Shown one piece after another: positions 1-12,113 of a stretch of DNA of 64,000 nucleotides. The stretch's first letter is position 1, and each line of letters begins with the position of its first letter. This DNA is from Phoronis australis. Taxonomy: Eukaryota; Animalia; Phoronida. Both the position numbers and the translations under genes were made by a program. The notes beneath the pieces were generated by a model that did not search any database, was not told the DNA's origin, and saw nothing but the letters and a program-made list of their open reading frames with translations. The stretch spans positions 169,704 through 233,703 of the forward strand of contig NMRA01000619.1 in NCBI GenBank assembly GCA_002633005.1, given 5' to 3'.

Positions 1-467
1 ACTACTACACAAAGCATGAAAGCCAACAGTTCAATGAGACAGCAAGCTAACATGTAATACAAACACTAAAACAGTGAAAACAGTAAGAATGAAAACAAGA
101 AAAATACTGGGATGTTGACATGAGCCCCACAGGGCCACAAGGAACCACTGTTTCAGTGAAATTCTACAGTCTGTCCTTCAGATATCATCCCGAAATGCTC
201 TTTGCCCAAACAAAACACTTGAAAAGCCCCTTGTTGTGAATAAAATGGCCAGTAGGTGGCACTCCATAGATCAAATCTACCCAGAAATGAAATGGTAACG
301 GGAATGGTCATCATGTATCTCTATAGAAAATTTTATAGAAATGCATCAGATTCTATTGATTCTCTGAAACTCTTTCCCAAAAACACTTGAAAATCCCTTC
401 GTCATGATGCTACAGTGGTTACATATACCCCAAAACTGTCAACTGCTTCCTAAGATATCCTCCGAAA

Positions 468-518
468 TTGTGTGTATGCGTGCGTGTGTGTGTGTGTGTG
501 TGTGCATGTGTGTGTGTA
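468..518. repeat. (TG)n microsatellite
   Basis: direct reading. Confidence 0.95.
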
Positions 519-524
519 TTTTAG

Positions 525-838
525 ACGAGTACACAGGTCACCATGCGTTTAAGCTGAGTACACAGGCAGCTATGTGTTGAAGCTGAGTACACAGGTCACC
601 ATGGGTTTAAGCTGAATACATGGGTCACACATGCTTAAGATAAGTACACTGAGGTCACCATGTGTTTAAGCTGAGTACACAGGTCATCAAATGATGTGTT
701 TATGCTGAGTACACAGGTCAACACCAGTTAAGCGGAGTACACAGGTTCACCATGTGTTTAAGCTGAGTACACGGGTCACCATGTGTTTAAGCTGAGTACG
801 CAGGTAACCATGCATTTAAGCTGAGTACACAGGACACC
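525..838. repeat. ~29-bp minisatellite (gctgagtacacaggtcaccatgtgtttaa), about 10 copies
   Basis: direct reading. Confidence 0.95.
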
Positions 839-892
839 ATCAGAAAATTTCATGAAGGTGATTTCACAAAACTTTTACGGGTTAAGACTTGA

Positions 893-1755
893 CGGGGAAG
901 GCAACTGTTCATTTTTGTAAAAATATGGTTCGCTGATTATCTCAAACATGATTCAGTTAATTACGGTTCCCTGTAATTTTAGTAATTTGTCGTGCACTAC
1001 TCCAGAAGTGATGTTACGGAGGGTTAAAAATTTTCCACCATTTTGTTTCTAGTGAATTTACTGTAAGGATCTGTCCTACTGTTGTTCTTGTGCTGGATAC
1101 CTAAAATTGTCATCACCACTTCCCAACGATGAGTATTCTAAGACAAGCTAAGGCTGTAAAAGAACTCAATTACATTGGATTCAAGAAACTTTTAGTTTGA
1201 AGTAGCCTGAACATGCTGGAGTCGGCGACCATATCACAGACACAGTGTGAGTGACGGAGACAGTGGTGAAAGCTGTGGTAATGAGGAATTTTTTCAGTCA
1301 GTGAGTGGATATAGGTTTGAGCCCAAGTATATTGAGGCAGAATACGCACAGAAAGCTGTTGAGAATGATTAGGCAAAGACTAAGGACAGACGTGGTGGGA
1401 CGTCTTAGTGCAAATGCACGGTGCACATTGTTATGCTGACATCAATGGAATGCATAATTTATGTTGTTCCCACTGGATGGTGACCTGAGCAAACAAACCG
1501 CTTATATACAGCCGTGTCACTGATCCCTCGCCACACATCTGGCACTTTCTAAATGGCTCTAAGTCAAAAAACTTATCGAAATTTGGCTCATCGGCCTGAT
1601 CAGTAGACGACAAACTGTCGTCCCCACTGGCCAGTGTCGGCCTGTATTCATTCCCACTACTCAACATGCCCGCAGGGCTGCAAACAGGCTGACTGGGCTG
1701 GAGACAACACCATCGCAGGGTGAATCACTGCTTAAATTCCCGGAATTGTACTTTG
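893..1755 (-). mobile_element. Older, truncated family A Kolobok copy (KolX-side end plus transposase remnant)
   Basis: Colinear with 6218-7200: ggggaaggcaac terminus, tccagaagtga, gtttgagccc, EPNFDKF...CQMCGE. Confidence 0.8.
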
Positions 1756-1759
1756 CTGA

Positions 1760-4500
1760 TTCCGTTGCACAGAAGCCACAGGAATGTTTGCAATAAACGA
1801 ATGGCCAAGACTGGGCAACTATGGAACATGCCTAGTGATGTCCAGGTCACAGCTTTAAATCATACAAACAATTTCTTCACGGAAATTGGTGATGGATGGC
1901 CTGTTGCAGAACACAAGAATGAGGTGGTTTGTTAAACGGATGGCTCTAAACTGGAAAATGGCCAGACAGATGCTAGAGTCTATTGTTCAAGCCTTCCTGT
2001 TGCAGATGCAGAAAGCTGGGTATCACTTTAAAGGCAATCTTGCCACGGTGTTCCAGGCTGAGATCACAGCAATTAAAGAATGCCACCCAAAAAATAACCT
2101 ATTGTGTATCAATTTAGATCGAGTAGTTCTCGATAACGGCGCGTTCGGTTGCCTTACCTGACACCTGATGGCAGACGGAGGTGTTGAAATTATCCAATGA
2201 CGTAATTGGTTTCACATGCAGTCAACACGGGTCAGTTTATCGCTTGAATTCATCATTTAATACCAATAAATTATCAAACTTCTATGTAAAACCCTTAAAA
2301 ATACACCGAGTTCTTATTAAAACGTGTTGTTTTATTTCGCTGTTATGGATTTACTGGTATTTGGACACAACGTAGAATACAAAGTTCGGCAGACCAAGGT
2401 CCGCAGCAGGAGTTGGGGGTATGTTCAGAGATAAATTCGAAGTATTCTTCCGTGAAATACAGACAGGAGAACCTAGATCTGTGTTGTTTATACAAGTGAT
2501 TTTTTGAGTTCTAAACACACAGTGACGCTTGTTATCACGGACAGTGGCTCCGAACCCGATCAGGCCAACCCCCCCCCNCCCCCCCCCCGTCGCGGCCAGA
2601 CTGACTCGTTATCCCGGCCAGTGGCTCGGAACCCGATCAGGCCCGTCGCGGCCGCTGGGACTACCACGAACATAAACCAGCTTGACTTCGAAACAAAACC
2701 TCCAGTCACGACAAGACTATAAATAGTGAGCCAAAGAAATAATGTGCACATAATTATTTATGTGAATTAGCCACAAAACTGAAAATCTACTTACTTGTCG
2801 GGGGCCGCAAAGTCGGGTTCCCCTTCCAACGACCGTCAGGGCAAAGGTTGTAGGCCTATAGCAACAATGATTTGAATATTGTATTTGTATTTCTAAATAA
2901 AGATTCCCTTTACATGTGACCATACCATGTAAAATCGAGTAATTGTTTCACAACGGCTTTCTGTCAGCAAACACTGAATTAGCATGCGCTCACACGGCCT
3001 CGGTGCCCGGTCAATTACCTTTGTTGCCGGCATCAAAAGCCGGTAACGCAGTGGTTTATTTATTGCTGGCGTCTCAAAACATTTGCACTCACGAGCACTC
3101 CATGGCATTAAAAATTGTATCTAATGTGACAGACATGTGTTTTAGTTTCATATAAGCATTGGCTAGGATGAGAATAATTAATTTTGAAACAGAACGCAAA
3201 ATAATTAACGTCTACATGGTAACTAATCCTGAATTAGTCAAGAGCACATCTGACGAAGACTTCACGGGTCCGACTGTTAGGTTTCACAGGCTATTAGTTT
3301 GAACCGGCTGATCAAGAATTACTAGCGAGGCACCGTGAACATGCACAGGCAACATAAGGTATGGATAGTTCTTTGGTAAGCCAGAATTCGTCAGAGAGAT
3401 CCCTGTCGATGAAATGCCGGCCACAGACATGGAGATGCTTCACAGCCTCATACTTGCTATTAACAGCGTACCTTTCATTCTTCACTACCGCGAGCCACTT
3501 CCTAAGCATTTTGGGCTCCCAAGGAAGTCGATAAAACGATATACCCACTTTCTTCGCAGCTTCAAAGTTTGGACAAGCAGAAACGATGGTGAGCAATAAA
3601 GCGGCATTCACTCTGTAGACAAACCACTGTTGTCGCTGCGTCATTTCTCACCTTCCTCACGAGTTAAAGCAACACCTCTCGGCAAGGTGAGGTCGACCGT
3701 ATGCGGGGCGATGTGGATATAGACCGATTAAGACGGTAAAAAAGACTAATTAAATTGGGTGGCATTCTTCTTTAATAGAGCTGCTCAACTGGCACGGCAA
3801 TATAACACCGAGCTGGACAATAAGCCAATTACCATGTTTTCAGTTAGCCACGCATCAATAAAAGCCCTAAAGAAACCAAGGGTCAACTCTCATTGTGTTA
3901 ATGCTTGTATTAATGAGCTTAACAAGCTTGCAATTGAAAGAACTGTGAATATACACTGGATCAGGGCCACTGTGGGAATTAATTGATGGCAATGAGAATG
4001 CAGACAGACTCGCAAAGATAGGAGCAAGAGTTCTGCATTTGTGCCTGAACTTGCTATCCCGGTATCTTACGCATGCTGCAGGATGAGTATACGCAACTGG
4101 TTTTATATACCTAGTCAGCAGCCCAGTGGGCATCACTTAACTCCTGCAGAGAGACTAAAGAGAATTTTCCCAACGTGATCAAACCAAAGGGTTAAAAAAA
4201 CATGAGTCTAGATAGATTAGGCATAAGACACGACATTCAAATTTTGACGGGCAACTGTAACCTAGCCAATCACAAGACACATTACCAGGCACATGGGGAG
4301 CCCATTGTGTCCCGAGTGTGTCAGACGTAGAATCCCCTAAACACCTGGTAGAGTCTTGCCCAGCTTTTTATAGGCTAAGGAGCAACCTACTGGATGGCAC
4401 TGTTACATGCCTACAACATATAGTGCATGGCAACAAATAGAAACGTCTCTCCGTTTTCTTAAAGGAGACTGGTAGACTTGAAAACTTCCTTCACGAAGAG
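1760..4500 (+). mobile_element. 3' fragment of an RNase H-bearing non-LTR retrotransposon (I/R1/Loa group), split by the 2077-3771 insertion
   Basis: TDGSK...TVFQAEITAI|NRAA...IHWI...GNENADRLAK, followed by decayed LTG.C.L..H...C..C zinc-knuckle region. Confidence 0.8.
2077..3771 (-). mobile_element. Second TTAA-flanked Kolobok-like element (family B) with THAP remnant
   Basis: TTAA at 2073-2076 and 3772-3775; 14-bp TIR agaatgccacccaa/ttgggtggcattct; THAP remnant 3312-3644 (ISFYRLP...KWL...VCGRHF). Confidence 0.8.
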
Positions 4501-4774
4501 CCATAAAGGGGTTCTCGTGCTTTAGCTCCACTGACAGGTGTTTTGTGCAATACGCCCAACCATGAGGCCTGCGCACGTCTGATGCACCGCAAATGACATC
4601 AGGCCACCTGCACTGTTTTATTTTATGTTGAGTGGACAATAACACTACGTTCTTCACACGAACACGCTAGGTACGGCAGAGCAACTGTTGTCTTTCGGAA
4701 AGCGTGCGTGAAATGATAAAACTATTGATCATGTGGGTATAAATGGCACACAATTGTAGAATCATTGCAGACAT

Positions 4775-5060
4775 TTGCAAAAAAGATCTAAAAGCTATTC
4801 TCAGGAGGAAAAATGTTTCCTCCTACAACTGATCAGAGAAAAAGCCAATTTTAGAAAGAACAAGAAAACTGGTGCCAAATCAAGTCAGCGTAAGCAGCAG
4901 ACTTGGAGAGATATTGGTCCAGACTGGCTGCATTGTTCCCACACTCGGACAAATGTAGCAACAAACAGTTAAATGGTATCACTAAAAAATGAAGGCCAGG
5001 AAGAAAGTTTCATCAGAGAAAAAAATCCACAGAAAAATGGTGAAGGACCCGGTGGCAGAT
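4775..5060 (+). pseudogene. Myb/SANT-like DNA-binding remnant, probable PIF/Harbinger ORF
   Basis: KRSKSYSQEEKCFLLQLI...KKT......KQQTWRDI resembles MSANTD/Harbinger Myb domains; decayed. Confidence 0.55.
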
Positions 5061-6547
5061 CTAGGATATCATGAGAGACATTTTTCATTTTGTAATGTAT
5101 GTGCCCAACACACATGTACACATTAAAGTACAAGTTCACAATGAGCCGCAACATAAATGGTCAAATTTATTTCCATGTCATTTTACTGCAAACAAGAGGG
5201 CGTGTCCCCCTTAACCGTCAACTTTAAATCGGAGACCAATAAAGGTGAAACTCGGTCTGAAGAATCAGAAGATGCCATCTTCAGTCAAGCCCATAGCGTT
5301 TAAGACGATGACGCCCTGCTCGACCTTTTGTATTCTGAAGAATCTGAAGGACACCTTGCTACATGTAGTGGTCCATGATTAGGAAGATCTAGGAGGGCTC
5401 AAGGAGGTCCAGACTCCCTTTTTCCTTGATTTTAGTGATGTCAAATCTAGAATTTTCGAATTGTTGCATTGGACCCCTTTAAAAAAATCCTCAATACGAC
5501 CCCCTTTTAAAAACCCTCATGACAGCGTTTTCCCATTCAGTGACTTTACCAGACATTGAGGGTTGTGAGCATGTGATAACATCTAGCTTCTTTGTCAAAT
5601 GCCAAGTACAGCTGTCTGGTATGACAACAGGCAGGCCAATTATCTACCACACTAATTACAGACCACGTGTGAACAAAGTCTGAAACCAGAGCGTTCGGAA
5701 AGAATAGATTGTCGTAACTTCGGTTGTAGTTGGGTGCTTTTGGCGATTCAAAAACTAAACATGATCAGCATTTGACGAGGAATTCAGAAATGCTATTGGT
5801 TTATGTTCAAATATATTATAACTTAACTTTTGTTTTAACAGCACAGCCCAGCCAGGCTAGATACTATCTTTTCGGAAGATTAGTCAGAGCAATTATTGAA
5901 CAAAAGAGAGCTGGTCCTCCAACCATAAAAGCCATAATGGAGTTAATCAGTCGTGTAAGATATTGGGTGATCTTCCCAACTTGTTGTTGGGTTAAAGAAT
6001 CAAACAAGTTGGGAGCAACGGGAAAATGCTGTAATGTGGATCCCCCTGCTACGTTTGATCTTGTGTCGGTAAAACTGAATATTGGAATTAGTTCATTATC
6101 GCTCAAAAACTAAGGCACACTGCAGCATCGATCAGTTGCCCCTTTATCGTGCAAGTCTACCATAATTAATGCCATTAAAGCTGGGTCTGACCAAGTCTAA
6201 AGTTAAGCCTGGTTTAAAGGCGAAGGCAACCTTTTTTCATGTCATATTGAGCTAAAATAAGGTTGGTTGGTTATCCTAGACATATTTTCCACTTAATTTT
6301 TTCGTAATTTTATTAATTACTCGTCCGCTACTCCAGAAGTGACGTTTTAGGAGGCAAGCGTTTCCCGCCATTTTGGTTTTGCGTTGAGTTTACCGAGCGA
6401 ATCTGTTCTGTTCTACTTTTGTTTTGTGCTGTTTTTCAACAATTGTCACCACCACTTTCTATCGGCGAGTATTCTGCGGCAACATAGGTTAGTTGAGAAC
6501 TCAACTACGTTGGATTTAGGGATTGTTTAGAGTGTTGTAAGCTGAAA

Positions 6548-6838
6548 ATGGCTGGACTCGGTGACCCGTAGTGTGAGTGACGGAGACCTTGTTCACAGCA
6601 GTGGTGACGAGGAATTTTTTCACGGACATTCAGTGGGTGAGTACATGTTTGAGCCCGATTATAACGAGGCAGAGTACGCACAGGCACAGGCAGCTGTTGA
6701 GAGAAAGGAGGCGGCTACTGAGGACAGACGTGGTGACACATCTTGGTGCAAATGCACTGTGTGCATTGTTATGCCTACCTAAATGGAATGCTTGTGCTGT
6801 TCAGAGTTCGACGAGGCCAAGCCACTACTGGACATGGT
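6548..6838 (+). pseudogene. KolX-like / P2X7 cytoplasmic-tail-like Cys-rich ORF fragment
   Basis: ...EYMFEPDY...WCKCTVCIVMPT*MECLCCSEF; frameshift after ATG 6548, in-frame TAA at 6780 (TCA in the older copy), truncated at the deletion junction. Confidence 0.7.
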
Positions 6839-7627
6839 TAAGTGGACCTCCGGCATACCACGGACAGTGGAACAACTGTCCCACTTGCCAGAGTATCCCG
6901 CAGCACACTCCCACTGGATGGTAACCTGAGCACCCAAACTGCTTACATCGTGTCGTGTGACTCCCTCGCCACACACCTGACACCTTCTAAATAGCTCCAA
7001 CACGTTAGACAAGTCCACAATAAACTTATCAAAGTTTGGCTCACCGATCTGTTCACTGGACGACGAACTGTCCTCTTCACTGGGTGTCGAGCTGAGGCTG
7101 TAATCACTCCCACTACTCAATATCGCTGCTGGGCTGCTTAGAGGCTGTGGGCTGGAGAAAACAGCACAGGGCGAATCACTACTGGTTCCAGGAATTGCAC
7201 GCTCTGGGGTACGTTCGGAGGCACGGGTGACAGTAGATGAAGTGCCTCCACTGGCTCCAGTCACTGTACTGGCCACAGCTCGCGAGGCTTCTCGCTTCAA
7301 AAACGCACTTCTCGGGGTTGGCGACGGGGCACTGCCGGGAATCAACACAGACGGAATGGCATCCTTCTTCAGACGTTGTTTCGCAGGGACCTTCATCAGT
7401 TCAGCGTACAAATCCCTTTCGTAATCGGGCGGCAGAAAGTGCTTGCCACACACACGGTAATTCTCCACTGCTTTGTACATTGCATGGACGGGTAACGCTG
7501 CGTTCTTCACACAAATGAGCCAAGTACGGCGAAGTGTGTCATCCATCGGAAAGCGATGCAAAGGTACTCCCAAAGCGCACGTGAGCCGATAATTAGTACA
7601 TCCTGGTACGGAGCAACAGTGTGGCAT
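6779..7627 (-). CDS. Uninterrupted 282-aa THAP zinc-finger ORF (transposase N-terminus without DDE domain)
   Basis: MPHCCSVPGC...LHRFP...W...RVCGKHF...LKKDAIPSV (C2CH THAP with AVPT-like box), Ser-rich tract, CQVC...WEC; expression unknown. Confidence 0.75.
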   Translation of the reverse strand: MPHCCSVPGCTNYRLTCALGVPLHRFPMDDTLRRTWLICVKNAALPVHAMYKAVENYRVCGKHFLPPDYERDLYAELMKVPAKQRLKKDAIPSVLIPGSAPSPTPRSAFLKREASRAVASTVTGASGGTSSTVTRASERTPERAIPGTSSDSPCAVFSSPQPLSSPAAILSSGSDYSLSSTPSEEDSSSSSEQIGEPNFDKFIVDLSNVLELFRRCQVCGEGVTRHDVSSLGAQVTIQWECAAGYSGKWDSCSTVRGMPEVHLTMSSSGLASSNSEQHKHSI

Positions 7628-8017
7628 GTTGACTGACTAGTAAATGAAAGCAAACGACGACGGAACTTAACACAACCGAGGTAGAACAATGACTGACTCG
7701 GCAACTCTCACAGTCAGACTATATGAAAAGAAATTGGCGCGAAATGCTTGCCTCCTAAAACGTCACTTCCGGAGTAGCGGACGAGTATTAATAAAATTAC
7801 GAAAAGCTGTAATTAAGTGGAAAATATGTCTAGGATAACCAACCAACCTTATTTTAGCTCAAAATGACATGAAAAAGGTTGCCTTCGCCTTTAACATCTT
7901 AATACAGGTCTAAGAAATATGTAGACGTGGTTGGTAAAATGAAAAGTGATTTAGTCCCGGTCTGAAGTGGGATTAAACTGGGTTTTACTGCACCACTGGT
8001 CTAAAATTTAAACCACC

Positions 8018-8760
8018 TTTATCCCTTATCCTGCCCTAGGCGAGGTCAGCCGACAAGCCAATTATCCTACTAAAATGCATGGGGTGTACTCAATCGCCTA
8101 TAATAACCTATGGCTAGGCTGCCCAAGAAGAGTGTACTCACCCCAGGAAACTGGTGGTGTTTTTCATTCAGAAATTGTGAAAGCCCCGGGCCCTATGCTG
8201 TTAATATATGTGAACATGCGCATGATTCCACAGTTCATAGTTTCCTGTACATTTTTCTGATTTACAACGTATAGCTGTGGTGAGTTGTTACCGAGATATT
8301 TGAAAGTTTACGCAAGTTTATCTTGACTGGTGCCAAACGTTGGAAGATGACTGTTGACCAGTTTCTTGAGGAAGTGTTCATGGACTCAGACAGTGAAAAC
8401 GAGCTGGAATTGGCACTCGAAAGTGACGGTGACAGTGACGGGGAAACTAACACAACAGTCACAAGTAATGCGGATTCCATCGATTCGGATCTCAGTGCAA
8501 TTTTGGAGAAGTTACCAGTCCCTGAAGCTAAACTTGGAGGGCCGAGCCTACGATGATGATTGGCTCACGCCCTTCACACATAATACTCAGGGCCTCTGAA
8601 ACATGATGGAACTTATTCAGAACTAGATATTTTAGTGACTTTTTCATAGAACAGCTTTGTCTCCACCCGTGTTTCACGTTTTTGTACACCAAGTCCAAGG
8701 TGAACTTCATAACAGACTTGAGCAAGCAACTGCCCCACTCATAAATTTGTAATCGGGCAA
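8018..8760 (+). mobile_element. Possible piggyBac 5' relic
   Basis: ttat|cccttatcctgcc end-like motif; acidic N-terminus (EEVFMDSDSENE...) followed by W..P....G and F..FF-like remnants. Confidence 0.35.
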
Positions 8761-9553
8761 AGTTGAGGTATGTTATATACTGTACATTATTGTTTGCACA
8801 TGTGATGTTACAGACAATAAATCTGCTTTATTAAACATGCAAGTGTCAATGCTTAATACGGTTTTTGAGTGTCAGCTATAATGTTATCATGTGCTAAAAA
8901 AGCCACGGATAAAAACAAACGGTATCCAGTTTGAAAGTTTACAGAATTATTTACACCAAGGCTATGGTAAAGATATGCATATTGTGAAAATCTCCATTAA
9001 ATTCTGAACAACTTTTTTACAGACTACTTTTATGTGAAGTTGCCATTACCCCTTCAAATTTCCAATTTAAAAATGTTAGGTCATTAATCTGAGTGACCTT
9101 CGTGACAGCCCAGTGCACAGCAGCAGTGGTGACCTACTTAGCTCAGCACATGATCTAATTCACAGTTCAATTTTGCTGAATGGCCAGTGGCAGGTGAAGA
9201 TCAGTGTGCACATAAGCTCATATAACTGTTGCAGGTCTTTCTCATACCTCTGGTCCTGCAATAAGGCTAACAAGCCTTTATTATAGGGACACCAGTTCTT
9301 CATTTAGTCAAAATGCATCCTTGCATTTTGCTTTAAGGTTTCGCATTTTCTATTGTGAACACTTCAAACGCATGGTTTCTGCAACTAAAACTAAACTTCA
9401 TTTTTTCTTGTAGTGAGATTTAAGAAGAAATAAGCTGTCAATTCCAACTGAAGATAAAGTTTCCTTAGTTGTACAACATAACAGAATTTTACCGATTTAA
9501 ATCTTGACAGATAACCTAATATTCCTGCTGAAACTCAGATTTATTCTACCTAC

Positions 9554-9767
9554 CTTGAGCAAATCCAAGAGCAGTGTAAACCCCAAGTCGCATGTCGCGT
9601 TGAGCTGCATCAACTGTACCATTGACCAGCTCATCATTGCTCCAGTCACTAAGCCAAACGTTGGCTCCAATGGCGCAGGCATTGTTGAGAATGTAGAGGC
9701 AAATAATGAGGATGGAGACAGGGATACCTACCGCCTTGAGGTAGGTGACAAACACCCCCAGTTTTAC
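9554..9767 (-). CDS. ABCC1: ABCC1-like exon (TMD2 start; VKLGVFVTYLKAVG...NVWLSDWSND...RLGVYTALGFAQG)
   Basis: ccacag| ... |gtaggt, 214 nt, phase 0-1; no further exon found in 1-9553, so the gene continues outside the window. Confidence 0.95.
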
Positions 9768-11419
9768 CTGTGGACAATTATATGACCATTGATTGCTATC
9801 TTTACCTGAATTGTACACAACAACATATTCTTTTAAATGACAAAATGAAATGACATAGGCCAGAAATTCAATACGAAGCTTCAAAAATAGCACCCCCCTA
9901 TATTAGCATAATAGGCTTGCTCTTCAGCTGGGGCCCATAAGGGGTCCTGCTTTCCAGTCACCTTCATGCAAGACCGCTTGTATTAATAAAGAATGTGTCA
10001 TCAAAAAGGCGGACAAACAAGAATAGTGGGCACTCACTTCTGAGGTCAGAAATAGAATTTTAATTGATGTCATTTTAATAAGAAAAAATTATTTCAATTA
10101 ATAAGCTGTAATTCAATATAATTTTCCCAACAAACTGCTAAAATCGCTAGTATCAACATAAAGTTCAAATCTCTGGGGGTAAGCTAAAGCAATAAAATTT
10201 CCGGATATTTAGTTATAATAAATGAATACAGCTTGCTTTCAAGTTTTGTAGCACTGTGCGCCCACACTGAAGACGGTACCAAATGAAAGTCAAACAAACA
10301 AGAATGAAAGTTAAACAATTAACAGGAGGAACCCAGTCCAGGTTGAAATTGACCTCTGCGTGATAGTAGTCCAGGGGTTGAGCTGTTTGCTAATCCAAAT
10401 ACAATAGCCCATTGAATTTAGCCCAGTGGCTTGGGCTGCTTAGTGTACTGTAAAAGTTCCCCAAAAACAGAACAGTGAAGAAATAAATATTTTGAAACTG
10501 TCCCAAATTTTAGAAATACTGTATTCGCCGTAATAACCGCTCAGGTCGCTTATTATAACCCAAGGCCGTTGAAACCCGGTCTCCGAAACGGGTGAAATCG
10601 GAAGCTAAGATTCATCACATTTACGCTCTGGCGACTTGAATGCTTGAACAAAAATACAGTTTCGACTCAAGCAAATTACCTGAAATCCTCCTGAAGTTTT
10701 CCAAGTAGCACCCCTAAGATTTTTAAGTTCCCGTGGAGTCGGAATTAACAGCGGGTTTAAGTACAAATCGGTGCTACATCGTGCCATCTACATGTATGAA
10801 CGACAACATGAGAAAAATGTCTGGACAAACACACATGTTGTTGTCACATGATGTTTGTTTAGAAGTTCGTCTGCATTGAGTAAGCGAGCGCGTGCCTGTC
10901 ACCAGAGTTCATTTGCCAGAGCAGAGACCTTCTTTTGGCCAGAGCCACGCAATCTAACGAGCTACTAGATGTGCATTGTATCTAAAGAAATTTGCACATG
11001 CTTTAGGCCTAAACCAGAGCGTGTTTCATTCAGCACTTGCCGGTCTCGTGCTAAAAACGTTCGACATTTGTCTCGGTAAGGCCCATATTAGTCGCTGTGT
11101 GGCTGGATGCGTAGGTGACAGTTAGTTTTCGGTGTAAGGGTGTGTAAGCATTCACTGACAGTGGTCATTTTATCAGATGTTTGGCTTAAAAACACCAATT
11201 ATGGTTAATCACACAATTCATCTCAAAAATAGTGCAAACATTTCTTATAGTATTAGAAACTGTCGGAAATTAGTGCCAATATTCATTTCTTGCCGATGCT
11301 ATGCTACCCGTTTCATGAATGGATAATTCCTGACTAATGTCTTTGATTACAGGTTCATGTATGTAGCGCGCGCTTCCTGGTTCACGTGCTTTTAACGCTG
11401 GCCAAGCTTTTTATTAGTC

Positions 11420-11712
11420 TTCGATTCGTGTGTACAAAGAAATTTGGATTCCTGTTGAAAGCGGGAAATATCTACACAGCAATCCCGTAGACAAGTACAC
11501 TACGTCTGTTATGAAAGGCCAGACCATTGGTACTCGCAAGAACAGCAGAACTTTTGTGTTTGTTTTGAGGCATGGCGGAAGTTTGAAGTGTATAGTCAAG
11601 GCTAAATACCGACATTATAGCGGCAAGGCTCATGGTCTACAAATTCTGTGCCCAATGATTTTTTCAGGACTGTCGGATATTATTGATAAATTGGTGACGT
11701 TACTGCAGAGTT
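11420..11712 (+). pseudogene. HIRAN-like domain remnant
   Basis: YKEIWIP..G......NPVDKY..SV....IG......FVLRHGGSLKCIV......GLQILC...FSG....IDKL matches the pattern of transposon-borne HIRAN-like proteins. Confidence 0.6.
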
Positions 11713-12113
11713 TTAGGACTGTAGGTAAGGCATTTTTTCGCACATACACGTTCATGGACTGGGCGCATATTTCAGCAAAGTCTGAAAACGCGGGGGGGGG
11801 CGCTTATAGGGACATGGGCAGTTATTACGGTGAATACGGTAGGCTATATAGGCCATCAAATTCGAGAAATATGAGAAAGACGGCAAAATCGACGGTTTGA
11901 CCAGCCGCGCAGACTTGTGATCGTTATTGCTGATAAAAATTTCACACGATGTCCTCAAAAACATGAACAGTGATGTTACTGACTCTGAATACAATTGACT
12001 TACCAAACTTTGTAATAGGAAATATATCAATATACTTTTTGTGTAACACACCTTGACCGATTATTCACAATATCCATTGGTGCTCAACGTCTTCATGTTA
12101 AACTGTTCGCCTG

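Larger units (their letters stand above)
6218..7890 (-). mobile_element. Kolobok-type non-autonomous DNA transposon, family A, copy with both ends
   Basis: TTAA at 6214-6217 and 7891-7894; AGGCGAAGGCAACC...GGTTGCCTTCGCCT termini; ~155-bp near-perfect TIRs; convergent THAP and Cys-rich ORFs. Confidence 0.88.

Noticed and set aside
525-838. 29-bp array as a CRISPR locus
   Set aside because: Head-to-tail repeats with no spacers
5864-6106. Next ABCC exon or Harbinger transposase
   Set aside because: Does not match the expected MRP TMD2 sequence (LH..LL..ILRSPM.FF); Harbinger similarity is too weak to call
6548-6838. True P2X7 receptor gene; readthrough or selenocysteine at the internal stop
   Set aside because: No transmembrane or ectodomain exons. 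The stop is TAA, not TGA, and the older copy has TCA there, so it is a simple nonsense mutation.
6779-7627. Host THAP transcription factor gene or P element
   Set aside because: Lies inside TIRs with a TTAA TSD and is multicopy; P elements have CA..TG ends and 7-8-bp TSDs
6218-7890. KolobokP-type long terminal direct repeats
   Set aside because: Only inverted terminal repeats are visible; no long direct repeats bound any copy
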